The translations under genes and the position numbers were made by a program. From a virus, in IMG/VR virus record IMGVR_UViG_3300045988_171839, positions 1 to 64,000 of that record: a stretch of 64,000 bases of DNA. One strand, 5' to 3'. Shown here one piece after another: positions 17,284-26,263 of this stretch. How positions within the stretch are numbered: the first letter of the stretch is position 1; each line of letters starts with the position of its first letter. Under the pieces are notes generated by a model, which did not search any database, was not told the DNA's origin, and worked only from the letters and a program-made list of their open reading frames with translations.

Positions 17284-18918
17284 TTATTTCGGTATATCTC
17301 CATCTGTACAGTGGATTGTATAATTACCTGTGTTGTAGTTCCAATCACTGCCTTTTGTTATTGCATTCCATTGTGCTTTTGTTCCGTTAAATGTTATGCT
17401 CGTAAGACTTGTACAAATTCTGAAGGCATCATCGCAAATGATTGTTACGCTGTTCGGGATTGTAATACTTGTAAGTCCGGTGCAATAATAGAAGGCATCC
17501 TCGCCGATTCCTAACGTTCCTGCTTTTAATACAATCGAGGTGTTGCTGGGCATCGTGCCTTTGTACTCATAAGCGACTTTCCCTGCATACACAAGACCAT
17601 CGGGCTGATTGTTGTACCATACGGTATTATAGAAGGCGCGCTTACCGATGCTTGTCACGCTGTTAGAGATTGTAATGCTGGTAAGCTTGGTGCAATCAAC
17701 GAAAGCAAAGCTACCGACGTTCGTTACGCTGTTTGGAATTGTTATACTCGTAAGTCCGCTGCAACCATCGAAGGCGTAATCGCCGATGCTCGTCACGCTG
17801 TTGGGGATTGTGATGCTCGTAAGACCGCTGCAACCATAGAAGGCATAAGACGGAATGATTTTTACATTGTCTCCTATATTGACTGTTGCAAGATTGGAAC
17901 AGTCTTTGAATATGGGATAACTAAACGAACCTGCACTTGTGCATGCGGTTGCATTCCAATTGACCGTCGTAAGTCCGCTGCAACCATCGAAGGCGTAATC
18001 GCCGATGCTCGTCACGCTGTTGGGGATTGTCACGGCAGTTAATCTGCGGCAACCATAGAAGGCATAATTGCCGATGCTCGTCACACTGCCCCCGATTGTC
18101 ACGCTCGTAAGCCCGGTGCAATTATAGAAGGCCCTGTGGCCTATGTTCGTCACGCTGTTAGGAATGGTTATGCTCTCAAGCGATGAACAACCATCGAAGG
18201 CATCCACTCCGATGCTCGTCACACTATTAGGGATTGTTATGCTCGTAAGTTTGGTGCAATCCTCGAAGGCACTAATGCCGATGCTCGTCACGCTGTTCGG
18301 GATTGTGATACTCGTAAGCCTGTCGCAATAATAGAAGGCTCCGCGGAGAATATTGCCACCTGTCACAGTCACGGATTTCAAAGATGACGGAATGTAATAT
18401 GTTGTAGACGTCGTTGAGGACGTACTGTTTCCATAATAATACTGCTTTGTTGCAACACTGTCGGTATAACTTGACGTGCCAAAGATATATCCAAACGGAT
18501 ATTGATAGGTATCACTGCTTGTGACGCCTGCTTTTGCGCCAACAAACGGAATAGTTATGCTTTCAAGCGATGAACAACCAGAAAACGCAGCATTGCCAAT
18601 ACTCTTCACACTGTTAGGAATAACTACCTCTTTAATTTTGTTTTTGTCCTTAAACGCGTTGGGAGCAATGGCGGTTACAGTTAACCCTTCTATTTGAGCA
18701 GGTATTATTAAAGAAGTAAGCTCTTTATTTTGTACTAACCCTGTAATAGTTATTTTATTATCAGTTACTGTGTATGTAAATGTAAGTATATTATCAATAC
18801 CCCATACACAAACCGTGCCTTGTCCCTGCTCTTTAGCGTAAATTGCTTTAACTACTTTATTATTTCTTATAGCATTTGTGCTAATTTGTTTGTTCCCCTG
18901 GTAAACATAAATAGGCAT
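17284..18918 (-). CDS. Leucine-rich-repeat (BspA / LRR_5-type) receptor-binding protein
   Basis: More than 12 tandem ~23-aa repeats of ITIPNSVTSIG..AF..C..LTS. Near-identical DNA repeat units occur, for example 17765-17810 versus 17985-18030. GAGGTGAG SD. Confidence 0.75.
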   Translation of the reverse strand: MPIYVYQGNKQISTNAIRNNKVVKAIYAKEQGQGTVCVWGIDNILTFTYTVTDNKITITGLVQNKELTSLIIPAQIEGLTVTAIAPNAFKDKNKIKEVVIPNSVKSIGNAAFSGCSSLESITIPFVGAKAGVTSSDTYQYPFGYIFGTSSYTDSVATKQYYYGNSTSSTTSTTYYIPSSLKSVTVTGGNILRGAFYYCDRLTSITIPNSVTSIGISAFEDCTKLTSITIPNSVTSIGVDAFDGCSSLESITIPNSVTNIGHRAFYNCTGLTSVTIGGSVTSIGNYAFYGCRRLTAVTIPNSVTSIGDYAFDGCSGLTTVNWNATACTSAGSFSYPIFKDCSNLATVNIGDNVKIIPSYAFYGCSGLTSITIPNSVTSIGDYAFDGCSGLTSITIPNSVTNVGSFAFVDCTKLTSITISNSVTSIGKRAFYNTVWYNNQPDGLVYAGKVAYEYKGTMPSNTSIVLKAGTLGIGEDAFYYCTGLTSITIPNSVTIICDDAFRICTSLTSITFNGTKAQWNAITKGSDWNYNTGNYTIHCTDGDIPK

Positions 18919-18929
18919 AACTCACCTCG

Positions 18930-19688
18930 TTATTGAACATCAAATGTTGTCGCCTTAACAGTGGTGTTATTAAATTTAACACTTGTATTATCAACGGTGA
19001 GTTTATTGAGTAATGCAATCAACTTGGTTAATTGTTCCTCTGTTAAATTTAACAATGTCAATATGTCTGTTTGTGTTAATTTATCAGTTAAATCATTATA
19101 TGAACCACTAAATATTTTACTATTTATTTCGTCAACAGCACTCTGCAAATTCGTAGCCGTAAGCCCTGAATTAGCATTATTATAAACTATATGATCAGCG
19201 GTAGAAACAAAATTTACTGTTCCTGTTTCGCCTTCAATTAAATATAATTTATCATCTTGCAACGTGCCAGCAAGATACGCTTCGGAAAATTCTGCCTCTG
19301 TCATAACAACAACGTCAGCGAATGTAATAGGTCCCGAACCGCCACCCAAGTTCCCTAAATCAACTTTACCTGTTGCGTCAGGGTTAAAATTTGTTCCATT
19401 GGCTTTCACCGATGTGACAGTACCAACCTTGTCTAAACCAGGCTTGCTCTCAAGAGTAGTGATTCTATTGTTATAATCTATAACAGCAAATGGGAGATTA
19501 TTAACCGTTCTAGTGCCATCACCGATTTTAAATCTAACAGCCTGGGTTTCACTTCCACTTGCATTGTATTCTGCGTCATATATAATAATTTCCCCTTTTT
19601 GAGGAATAAAGTTTGTCGCTTTTGCCCAATTGGCAGCGACGTCATGTTTTTGTTGAATTCGTGAATTTATTTTTTTTTCAGTAGCCAT
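18930..19688 (-). CDS. Tail fibre paralogue (short)
   Basis: Start moved to the ATG at 19688 (MATEKKINSRIQQKHDVAANW...), preceded by AAAGGAGG. The N-terminal ~80 aa are paralogous to the 15771-17153 product. Confidence 0.6.
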   Translation of the reverse strand: MATEKKINSRIQQKHDVAANWAKATNFIPQKGEIIIYDAEYNASGSETQAVRFKIGDGTRTVNNLPFAVIDYNNRITTLESKPGLDKVGTVTSVKANGTNFNPDATGKVDLGNLGGGSGPITFADVVVMTEAEFSEAYLAGTLQDDKLYLIEGETGTVNFVSTADHIVYNNANSGLTATNLQSAVDEINSKIFSGSYNDLTDKLTQTDILTLLNLTEEQLTKLIALLNKLTVDNTSVKFNNTTVKATTFDVQ

Positions 19689-19797
19689 TTGGGCCTCCTT
19701 TATCATTTTCAAATTAAGCCGAAATAGGGCTTTGAGATCTGTTTCACTCAAAGCTCGACGGGGGTTGCTACACCCCCGTCTATTATTTAAGTTTTTG
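19448..19797 (-). repeat. Direct repeat copy 2: fibre 5' leader, hairpin and first ~80 codons
   Basis: Alignable to 16913-17262. The hairpin GACGGGGGTGTAGCAACCCCCGTC lies at 19757-19780. Confidence 0.7.
19757..19780 (-). terminator. GC-rich hairpin upstream of the fibre gene (copy 2)
   Basis: 9-bp stem located immediately after the stop of the 19810-21501 gene. It is conserved with 17223-17245. Confidence 0.35.
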
Positions 19798-19809
19798 AGT
19801 TTAGAAAAA

Positions 19810-21501
19810 TTAGTCGATATTTACCGTAGCTGAACCACAGTCAAACACGAACACTACCGAATCGTCAATTTCTACTACTGGAGCAACATTTTTCGTACCA
19901 GTAATTTTCAGGCCTGTCCCAGCGTTAACGCTAGTAACGGTGCCAACTTTATCAAGACCAGGTTTGCCTTCAAGAGCAGTAATCTTGCTTGCATAACCGT
20001 CATAAGTGCCAACTTTTGCTGCAGTGATACCAGAGTTAACAGCGTCGAGTTGTGTAGTAGAAAGTTTATTTTGTTTACCATTAATAGTGGTTGCATAACC
20101 GTCATAAGTACTGACCTTATCTGCCGTAATACCAGAGTTGACTGCATTAAGTTGTTCAGTGGTCAACTTCTCTTGTAGACCCGTAATGTCTTGGTGAGCG
20201 GTGATAACAGTACCAAGGTCAACAACACCAGAAGCTGGATTCTTTGTTTCACCATTCATCCTAACAGCAGTAACGGTACCGGTTTTATTCAAACCAGGGA
20301 AGGCTGCTTCGGTAACGCCAACATCGCTTGCGCCCAAGTTAATGTCACTTGAAAGTACTTTGTTGTTGATTTTTCTTGTTGTAGGAACATATCCAGAAAG
20401 GTCAATGTCTGTATTGCCGATACGCTCCCACTTATAAATTGACCCAGAATGAACTGTTATGAATTCATCGTAACTATCAGGTTGTCCGTCGCTCGGATTG
20501 TGCGAATGAGCCTTAAGATAAATCTTGCCCATTGTTGCTTGTGCAGCAGTGGGTAGCTCAGTAACAACTTGATATTCAAATTGTTTAACAGCATTTATTG
20601 CGGTATCAACATACTGTTTGGTTGCGGGGTTCATATCTTCCGCCGGAGCTTGAACCGTTACAGCACCTGTAAACGCGCCACCAGCCTTAGGCATTGCATT
20701 GTCAGCTTTTGTACCTTGTGCCGCAGTTGCATAAGCAGAGCTTTCGGTATAAGCCGCACTCTTAAGACCTTTAACAGCAACATTGTCAGTAGCAGTGCCA
20801 TTAACGGTAATCTTTACTGTACCGTTGTTAGTACCGGACTCAAGAGTAACTGTCTGGTGACTCTGAAGAGCAGTGTCAGCTTTACCTAAAGAGGTTTGAA
20901 CAGCTTGTGCTAAATCTGTTTTAGGAATGCCGCCATCAGGTTTTGAATATTTACCTTCTGCTGTAGATTGTGCTGCTTGTGCAGCAGCTGCGGCAGCAGC
21001 AGCGTCATCGACACCTTTCTGAGCTGTGGCAAGCAGCGTAGCCCAGCCTTTAACAACAGCAGGATCACCAACTGCGACACCGTCCTTTTTCAGAACAAGC
21101 GAGCCATCAGCAGCTCCGGTTTCAAGCGTGTATTCAGCTTGTGCTGGAAGAGCCCCAATTTGTTGGTCTGTGTATTTTTTAGCATCAGCCAATGCGGTAG
21201 CCGCAGAACCAGCTTTGTCTGCACCAACTTCACCTGGGGTGTAGGATGGTTTGGTCGCCTCTTTGGCCCATCCATAAACATCGGCAGCAAGACCGCTCGC
21301 CCACGGAAGTTCTCTAAATTTGTGAACACCATCGCCCACTTTTAACAATACCGCAGGAGGCGTGGATTGTTCGGCAGTCTCACTATTCGCCAATGAACAA
21401 ATTGCGACCTCACCCTTTTTAAGGATGAATTCGGAAGCGTTCCAATTGGTTAAAGTATCATATTTTAAAGCAATTCTTGTATTAAGTGTAGTAGTTGCCA
21501 T
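19810..21501 (-). CDS. Tail fibre protein
   Basis: Fibre N-terminal motif (RIALKYDTLTNWNASEFILKKGEVA...LLKVGDGVHKFRELPWA). Ala-rich coiled segment. Modules are shared with both neighbouring fibres (MPKAGGAFTGAVTVQAPAEDMNPATKQYVD; ...FPGLNKTGTVTAV...). Confidence 0.65.
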   Translation of the reverse strand: MATTTLNTRIALKYDTLTNWNASEFILKKGEVAICSLANSETAEQSTPPAVLLKVGDGVHKFRELPWASGLAADVYGWAKEATKPSYTPGEVGADKAGSAATALADAKKYTDQQIGALPAQAEYTLETGAADGSLVLKKDGVAVGDPAVVKGWATLLATAQKGVDDAAAAAAAAQAAQSTAEGKYSKPDGGIPKTDLAQAVQTSLGKADTALQSHQTVTLESGTNNGTVKITVNGTATDNVAVKGLKSAAYTESSAYATAAQGTKADNAMPKAGGAFTGAVTVQAPAEDMNPATKQYVDTAINAVKQFEYQVVTELPTAAQATMGKIYLKAHSHNPSDGQPDSYDEFITVHSGSIYKWERIGNTDIDLSGYVPTTRKINNKVLSSDINLGASDVGVTEAAFPGLNKTGTVTAVRMNGETKNPASGVVDLGTVITAHQDITGLQEKLTTEQLNAVNSGITADKVSTYDGYATTINGKQNKLSTTQLDAVNSGITAAKVGTYDGYASKITALEGKPGLDKVGTVTSVNAGTGLKITGTKNVAPVVEIDDSVVFVFDCGSATVNID

Positions 21502-21522
21502 TGCTTTTATTCCTCCAAATTA

Positions 21523-23220
21523 TTAGGCGTTTGCAGTGCCGCCATTAAGAATGAGCTCATCTCCGTCCGTCTGGACAAGCTTGTTCACATTCAAGGCACT
21601 AATTTTTGCGTCAGTCACTTGACCATCCCCAATCATCGCCGTCAACACGCCACCGGGGGCAATTGAGAACTCGCGTTGCTCATTGATGGCAAGACCACCG
21701 TTAGCAAGGGCATTATACGTAAGGGGTTCAGGTACAGGAACCGTAACATAAGCTTTCCCTTCTTCGTCCAACACAACCGCGTGTTCGTTTCCGCCTTCCG
21801 TGTGTCCAAGTTTGATGCCACCAAGAGCATCGGTTGTGGCTTGTGGGATCTCGGTCAGTGCGCCAAGATCAGCAGCAGTAATTTCAACAGCTTCAGAGCC
21901 GTTATAGGTTTTACCGCCGGCCGTTAGAATGTTTTTAACCGAATCAGCAACACCCGCGTTCGCTACGGCTCCTTCAATCAACGCACCACTCAATTTGTGG
22001 TCAGCGTCGATAATAGATTGTTTTTTATTAATCTCGCCTTCGAGTTCAGCCTTCGCTCCGCTAACCGCTGTGCCGATTTCACTCGTGACATCTGCTGATT
22101 TAGCATAACCATCAAGAGCTGCCCCAGTAATGTATGCAGAATTGTCGACTTCATAACCGTCAGCAGTTTTCTTAACAAGACCAGTACCAGTTATAGCGTT
22201 TAACTTATCGAGATTTGCGTTAGCAGCCTGTTTGCCTGCCAATGCGTCCGCTAACCCTTCAACCTGAGCTTGAGTGATTGCAATATCTTGAAGTTCAACT
22301 GTAACCTTACCGTTTTCTTGTTTAATAGCCTTTAGTGTCTTACCAGCCCCAACAGCTACTTGTGCAAGAGTCAGCTTATTGATTTCTGCTGTAAGTTCGT
22401 CATTAGTTACATAAGAAGACAGATCAATATCTGTGTTACCAATCTTTTCAAACTTATCGGTTACCCAAATATATTCATCATATATGTCGCCCGTTCCGTG
22501 TGCATGCGCTACAAGATATATAATACCCTTTTTGCCAGTCTGAGGAAGTTCATTAACAACGCTGAATTCAAATTCGGTTATACCGCTAATAGCATCATCA
22601 ACGTATTTCTTCGTTGCGGGGTTCATATCTTCCGCCGGAGCTTGAATTGTTATAGCGCCAGTGAAAGCACCACCTGCTTTAGGCATTGCAGCGTCTGCAA
22701 TGGCTTGCACAGCCTCAACTTCCGTAGTCTTAGCATAGGAACTCAAATCGATGTTTACTTTTTTGTCGACTATTTCAACATCAACGCCGTCGACCTTAAC
22801 ACCTTCAAGAACGTTAACTTGTGCGCCAGCAGCAATACCGTCAAGTTTTGCTTTGTCTTCTTTCGACAAGAAACCATCTTTTTCCGTTGTCGCAAGAATG
22901 AGTTTACCTTCGATATTCGTGCAGCGTGCTTCAAGTGCGCTAACTTTAGTTGCAAGTTCGTCTGCGCTAGAAGCTTGACCAAACTTCGTAAGGGTTTTAC
23001 CTGCATTGATTTGATAAAGACCAACACCTTCGGTGGTATCCTTAACGATCAATAATTGACCAATATAATATGCACTATCTGCACTGCCTACTTCTGCGGC
23101 ACCCGCAGCAGCAGTGACAGCGTCATTATAATTCTCAAAATAGCTATTAGCATCCAGTGGGAAAGCAGAAGTCCTATTAAAGCCAACAGCAAAATTTAAT
23201 TTACCAAAATCCATTGACAT
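21523..23220 (-). CDS. Tail fibre protein
   Basis: Shares the MPKAGGAFTGAITIQAPAEDMNPATKKYVD...IGNTDIDLSSYV module with the 19810-21501 product. GGGAGG SD. Confidence 0.6.
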   Translation of the reverse strand: MSMDFGKLNFAVGFNRTSAFPLDANSYFENYNDAVTAAAGAAEVGSADSAYYIGQLLIVKDTTEGVGLYQINAGKTLTKFGQASSADELATKVSALEARCTNIEGKLILATTEKDGFLSKEDKAKLDGIAAGAQVNVLEGVKVDGVDVEIVDKKVNIDLSSYAKTTEVEAVQAIADAAMPKAGGAFTGAITIQAPAEDMNPATKKYVDDAISGITEFEFSVVNELPQTGKKGIIYLVAHAHGTGDIYDEYIWVTDKFEKIGNTDIDLSSYVTNDELTAEINKLTLAQVAVGAGKTLKAIKQENGKVTVELQDIAITQAQVEGLADALAGKQAANANLDKLNAITGTGLVKKTADGYEVDNSAYITGAALDGYAKSADVTSEIGTAVSGAKAELEGEINKKQSIIDADHKLSGALIEGAVANAGVADSVKNILTAGGKTYNGSEAVEITAADLGALTEIPQATTDALGGIKLGHTEGGNEHAVVLDEEGKAYVTVPVPEPLTYNALANGGLAINEQREFSIAPGGVLTAMIGDGQVTDAKISALNVNKLVQTDGDELILNGGTANA

Positions 23221-23238
23221 AGTATATACCTCCCTCTA

Positions 23239-24504
23239 TTATGCTACGGTGAAATGCCACTTATTCGCTTTGTCACAAGCTGCAGCATTATCTTTGTAAT
23301 ATACGTTATACGACTTAGCCTCATAGCCGTTCGCGCCTTCTACATCCACAGTAACATGGGTAAATGCGCTGAACGCTTCTGCGTTCAGTCCGTTAACGTC
23401 TTTGATTGAATTGATGGTTCTCGGTGCAGGAACGGCTATGATAACACGCATATCACCAACGTTCTCTTGAGCATCGCCCGTATTACCCGCAGAGATTGCA
23501 CCATTTTTCTTACCAGCCAAACCTCTAATAATCGCACTTGTGGGAGTGCCTTCTTTAGAGTTGACACCACCCCAGAAACTGTTCCTATAACCAGTAACAG
23601 CACCCGAAGTAGCATTCTTTGTGCCAGCAGCAATTTTACCAGCTACACCCTCAGTCGCGCCAAGGTTGTTTTTAGGATCGGCACCGGCCGTGTGCGTAGC
23701 AACAACACTGACCTTATAATTGGTGCTGTCACCAACTGTAAACTTGGCAAACGAACCCGTGGCCGTAGTAGCCGTGTGCGAATCCGTATCACTAACCGCA
23801 TAGGTTGCCGTAATACCCGTATCAGGGCCATATTGATAACTACCTTTGTTAAAACTTACCGAATATGCAGGAGTGAATTCGCTACCAACTTCTTTTGCTC
23901 CAGCTCCAGTCAAACTGATTGAAACCGACGGTTGTTTCACCGTGGGAGTATTATTAGCCTTTGCGAGCGCTCCTTTTAAGAATTCTTCTACAGACTTACC
24001 GCTTGCAGGCAACACAACCGAACCGGATGCGTCAGGAGCATAAATACCAAACGCTGTAGTTGCTGTGATATTATCTTTAAAATAGACATTACCTGCGTCG
24101 TAATTGCCATCCATGGCTTCCCAGTTGGTCTCGCCGCGTACATATGCGGTATACTGATATTTTCCACCAACCAACGCTTCCCTGATGATCGCAATGTCAC
24201 CTTTTACAGGTGCTGTAATTTCAGCAAGCGCTGCCGCTTTGTCACCACCCAACGCGATGTCTTTCTGATAAACATCGGTTGTGTGCAAATTTTTGGTAGC
24301 ATCACCGATTGCTTTTTCGACGGCTGCCAAATCCACAAATGAAATGGTAATTTCGCTCCAAGTTTTGGTGCCATCTCCAACCTTGAAAATGTGTAAATCG
24401 GTATCATAACCAACTTCACCTTTTTTCAAAACAAGCTTGGAAGCAGCCCAATTGGTGCTGGTGTCATTACGTAAAATTAAAGTAGTACGTATTTGTTTCT
24501 CCAT
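23239..24504 (-). CDS. Tail fibre / receptor-binding protein
   Basis: Start moved to the ATG at 24504 (MEKQIRTTLILRNDTSTNWAASKLVLKKGEVGYDTD..FKVGDGTKTWSEI), preceded by AAAGGAG. Fibre N-terminal motif is present. Confidence 0.55.
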   Translation of the reverse strand: MEKQIRTTLILRNDTSTNWAASKLVLKKGEVGYDTDLHIFKVGDGTKTWSEITISFVDLAAVEKAIGDATKNLHTTDVYQKDIALGGDKAAALAEITAPVKGDIAIIREALVGGKYQYTAYVRGETNWEAMDGNYDAGNVYFKDNITATTAFGIYAPDASGSVVLPASGKSVEEFLKGALAKANNTPTVKQPSVSISLTGAGAKEVGSEFTPAYSVSFNKGSYQYGPDTGITATYAVSDTDSHTATTATGSFAKFTVGDSTNYKVSVVATHTAGADPKNNLGATEGVAGKIAAGTKNATSGAVTGYRNSFWGGVNSKEGTPTSAIIRGLAGKKNGAISAGNTGDAQENVGDMRVIIAVPAPRTINSIKDVNGLNAEAFSAFTHVTVDVEGANGYEAKSYNVYYKDNAAACDKANKWHFTVA

Positions 24505-24530
24505 AAACTCTCCTTTTTGAAATAAGTTTG

Positions 24531-25001
24531 TCATTCATTCAACGCGTCTCCGCCATTGAAAATAAAATGCTCGTAATTTTGTCCCATGCTTTTATAAGAT
24601 TTTTCTTCCTTATCCCAGCAATAGGTTGCTTGTTCTGATAATACAAAGTACACACCACCAACATCGCCAACAGTGGGTAGTTGTTCGCGTGTACTCACTT
24701 GAACAGCCCCTGCGGTAACGCCCGAAGCAGAAATAACGTTATTTTCGTCAATTGTAATTCCAGAACCAGCTGTTAATTTTTGTTGATACTTTTGTAGTTC
24801 CTCGGTTGAATCCAAGGCTATCCAATTAGAACCATCTGAACGATATAGACCGTTGTGTTCTAATTTCTCCGTTGTGGCACCAAGATGATGATAGATTTTA
24901 TTATCGCTTGCGTCCTTCGGAGAAAAAGAACTCAGATCTTTGTTCTCAATTGGAGTGTTAAGCAGCTGATTGTAATCAGCAATCATAATTCTTTGAATCA
25001 T
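24531..25001 (-). CDS. Hypothetical tail-associated protein
   Basis: ORF with GAGGG SD. The call rests only on position at the head of the fibre cluster. Confidence 0.35.
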   Translation of the reverse strand: MIQRIMIADYNQLLNTPIENKDLSSFSPKDASDNKIYHHLGATTEKLEHNGLYRSDGSNWIALDSTEELQKYQQKLTAGSGITIDENNVISASGVTAGAVQVSTREQLPTVGDVGGVYFVLSEQATYCWDKEEKSYKSMGQNYEHFIFNGGDALNE

Positions 25002-25004
25002 CTT

Positions 25005-25325
25005 TTAACCCTCTGTAATTATATAGTAAGCGTTTTGAACATATTTTTCCGTGGTCGGTCCCACATACTTAACAAATTTGCCAAAAAACTCACTCACATT
25101 CAGCTTGTTCATTTCTTCTTCGGTTTTGGCTATAATGGGGTTTTCGATCGAACCAAGTTCTCCAGTACCATTAATTACCTTTCCATACGAATCGTAAGCT
25201 GAATAACCCTTTAAAACCTTGGCCGCATCTGCCTGATTGCCAAGAGGGGTTAATACATAATCTCCTGTTGGACTATAATTATCATTAGTTTGGATAATTA
25301 GCGTCCCCTCGTATTTTTGTCCCAT
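25005..25325 (-). CDS. Hypothetical protein (tandem paralogue A)
   Basis: Start moved to the ATG at 25325 after CAGGAGGAG. The N-terminal MGQKYEGTLIIQTNDNYSPTG is identical to the next gene. Confidence 0.4.
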   Translation of the reverse strand: MGQKYEGTLIIQTNDNYSPTGDYVLTPLGNQADAAKVLKGYSAYDSYGKVINGTGELGSIENPIIAKTEEEMNKLNVSEFFGKFVKYVGPTTEKYVQNAYYIITEG

Positions 25326-25385
25326 ATTCTCTCCTCCTGCCAAATCACCCATAACCAACATTGTGGATGCTTTTGCGATAGTTGT

Positions 25386-25592
25386 TTACGCCGCAGGTTC
25401 AGGTTCAGGATCTTTCTCCGGTGCGACATAAGACCCGTTCAATACCACGCCCTGTGCTCCATAAGCTTTTTTACCTTTCAGGATGTCTTCTTCGGACGCC
25501 AGATTAGGTATCGATTCCAAACGATATTCACCCGTAGGACTATAATTATCGTTGGTTTGAATAATCAGTGTGCCTTCATATTTTTGTCCCAT
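25386..25592 (-). CDS. Hypothetical protein (tandem paralogue B)
   Basis: Begins MGQKYEGTLIIQTNDNYSPTGEY..., paralogous to 25005-25325. Confidence 0.4.
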   Translation of the reverse strand: MGQKYEGTLIIQTNDNYSPTGEYRLESIPNLASEEDILKGKKAYGAQGVVLNGSYVAPEKDPEPEPAA

Positions 25593-25602
25593 AATTTTCC
25601 CC

Positions 25603-25929
25603 TCACTTCTTATTTACTTTTTTTGAAAAATCAATAATGAATTCGATTGCGTCGGAAATTTGATCAACCTCATATTGAATGCCTAATTCCTTCGCACAAG
25701 AATCCACAGCTGCCATAACAATTTCTTTTTTTTCTGCCCCAGATTGTCCAGTAGCTTCAGCATCTGCCATAGCCCGTAAAATCATAGGATAAAGTTTTTT
25801 CCAATTGCCATCTTTTGCTAATTCGCCAAACTTCTTTTTCAGTTTTGTAAACATTGCAACCATAGCAGTAATCGCAGCAACGACAACACTAACAAGTGAG
25901 ACGATTAATCCAATATTTACATTACTCAT
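25603..25929 (-). CDS. Holin-like membrane protein (LL-H-type architecture)
   Basis: Start moved to the ATG at 25929 after GAGGTGA. There is one N-terminal transmembrane helix (IGLIVSLVSVVVAAITAMVAMF) followed by a charged soluble tail, ~108 aa in total. Confidence 0.4.
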   Translation of the reverse strand: MSNVNIGLIVSLVSVVVAAITAMVAMFTKLKKKFGELAKDGNWKKLYPMILRAMADAEATGQSGAEKKEIVMAAVDSCAKELGIQYEVDQISDAIEFIIDFSKKVNKK

Positions 25930-26021
25930 GGATTTCACCTCTTAAAATAAAATGATATTTTTATTTGCACCCGTAAAATACGGGATTGTTTTCATAGTTG
26001 GGATAGACACGTGTCTATTTG

Positions 26022-26061
26022 TAAAAGAGAAAATTGGGGCCATACATAAATGTACGACCCC
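26022..26061 (-). terminator. Intrinsic terminator
   Basis: The minus strand reads GGGGTCGTACAT-TT-ATGTATGGCCCC (12-bp stem) followed by AATTTTCTCTTTT. Confidence 0.55.
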
Positions 26062-26075
26062 AAAGATCCTTAAAA

Positions 26076-26261
26076 TCAATTTGCCGACTGAAAGTTTTTA
26101 CAATTGTCTTTACAATTTATAGAAACCCAGCGTTTTTCGTTGTGACAATAACGCTGAAAAGGACAAACGGGGTTATCTTTTTGCTCTTTCATCAAAATCG
26201 AGCATTTAAAACACTCCAACCCGCTCCCTTGAGCATTAACACAATTGTGATACTGGTTCAT
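26076..26261 (-). CDS. Small Cys-rich hypothetical protein
   Basis: 61-aa ORF with 8 Cys. The SD is weak. Confidence 0.3.
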   Translation of the reverse strand: MNQYHNCVNAQGSGLECFKCSILMKEQKDNPVCPFQRYCHNEKRWVSINCKDNCKNFQSAN

Positions 26262-26263
26262 AA

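Noticed and set aside
22360-23922. Plus-strand ORFs of 231 aa (22360-23055) and 151 aa (23467-23922)
   Set aside because: They are antisense shadow ORFs inside fibre genes. They have no SD, are Cys/Arg/Phe-rich and are low in acidic residues.
15771-24504. Diversity-generating retroelement targeting the Mtd-like fibres
   Set aside because: No reverse transcriptase ORF is present. No template/variable repeat pair with adenine-specific differences is visible in the window. The repeats seen are ordinary paralogous modules.
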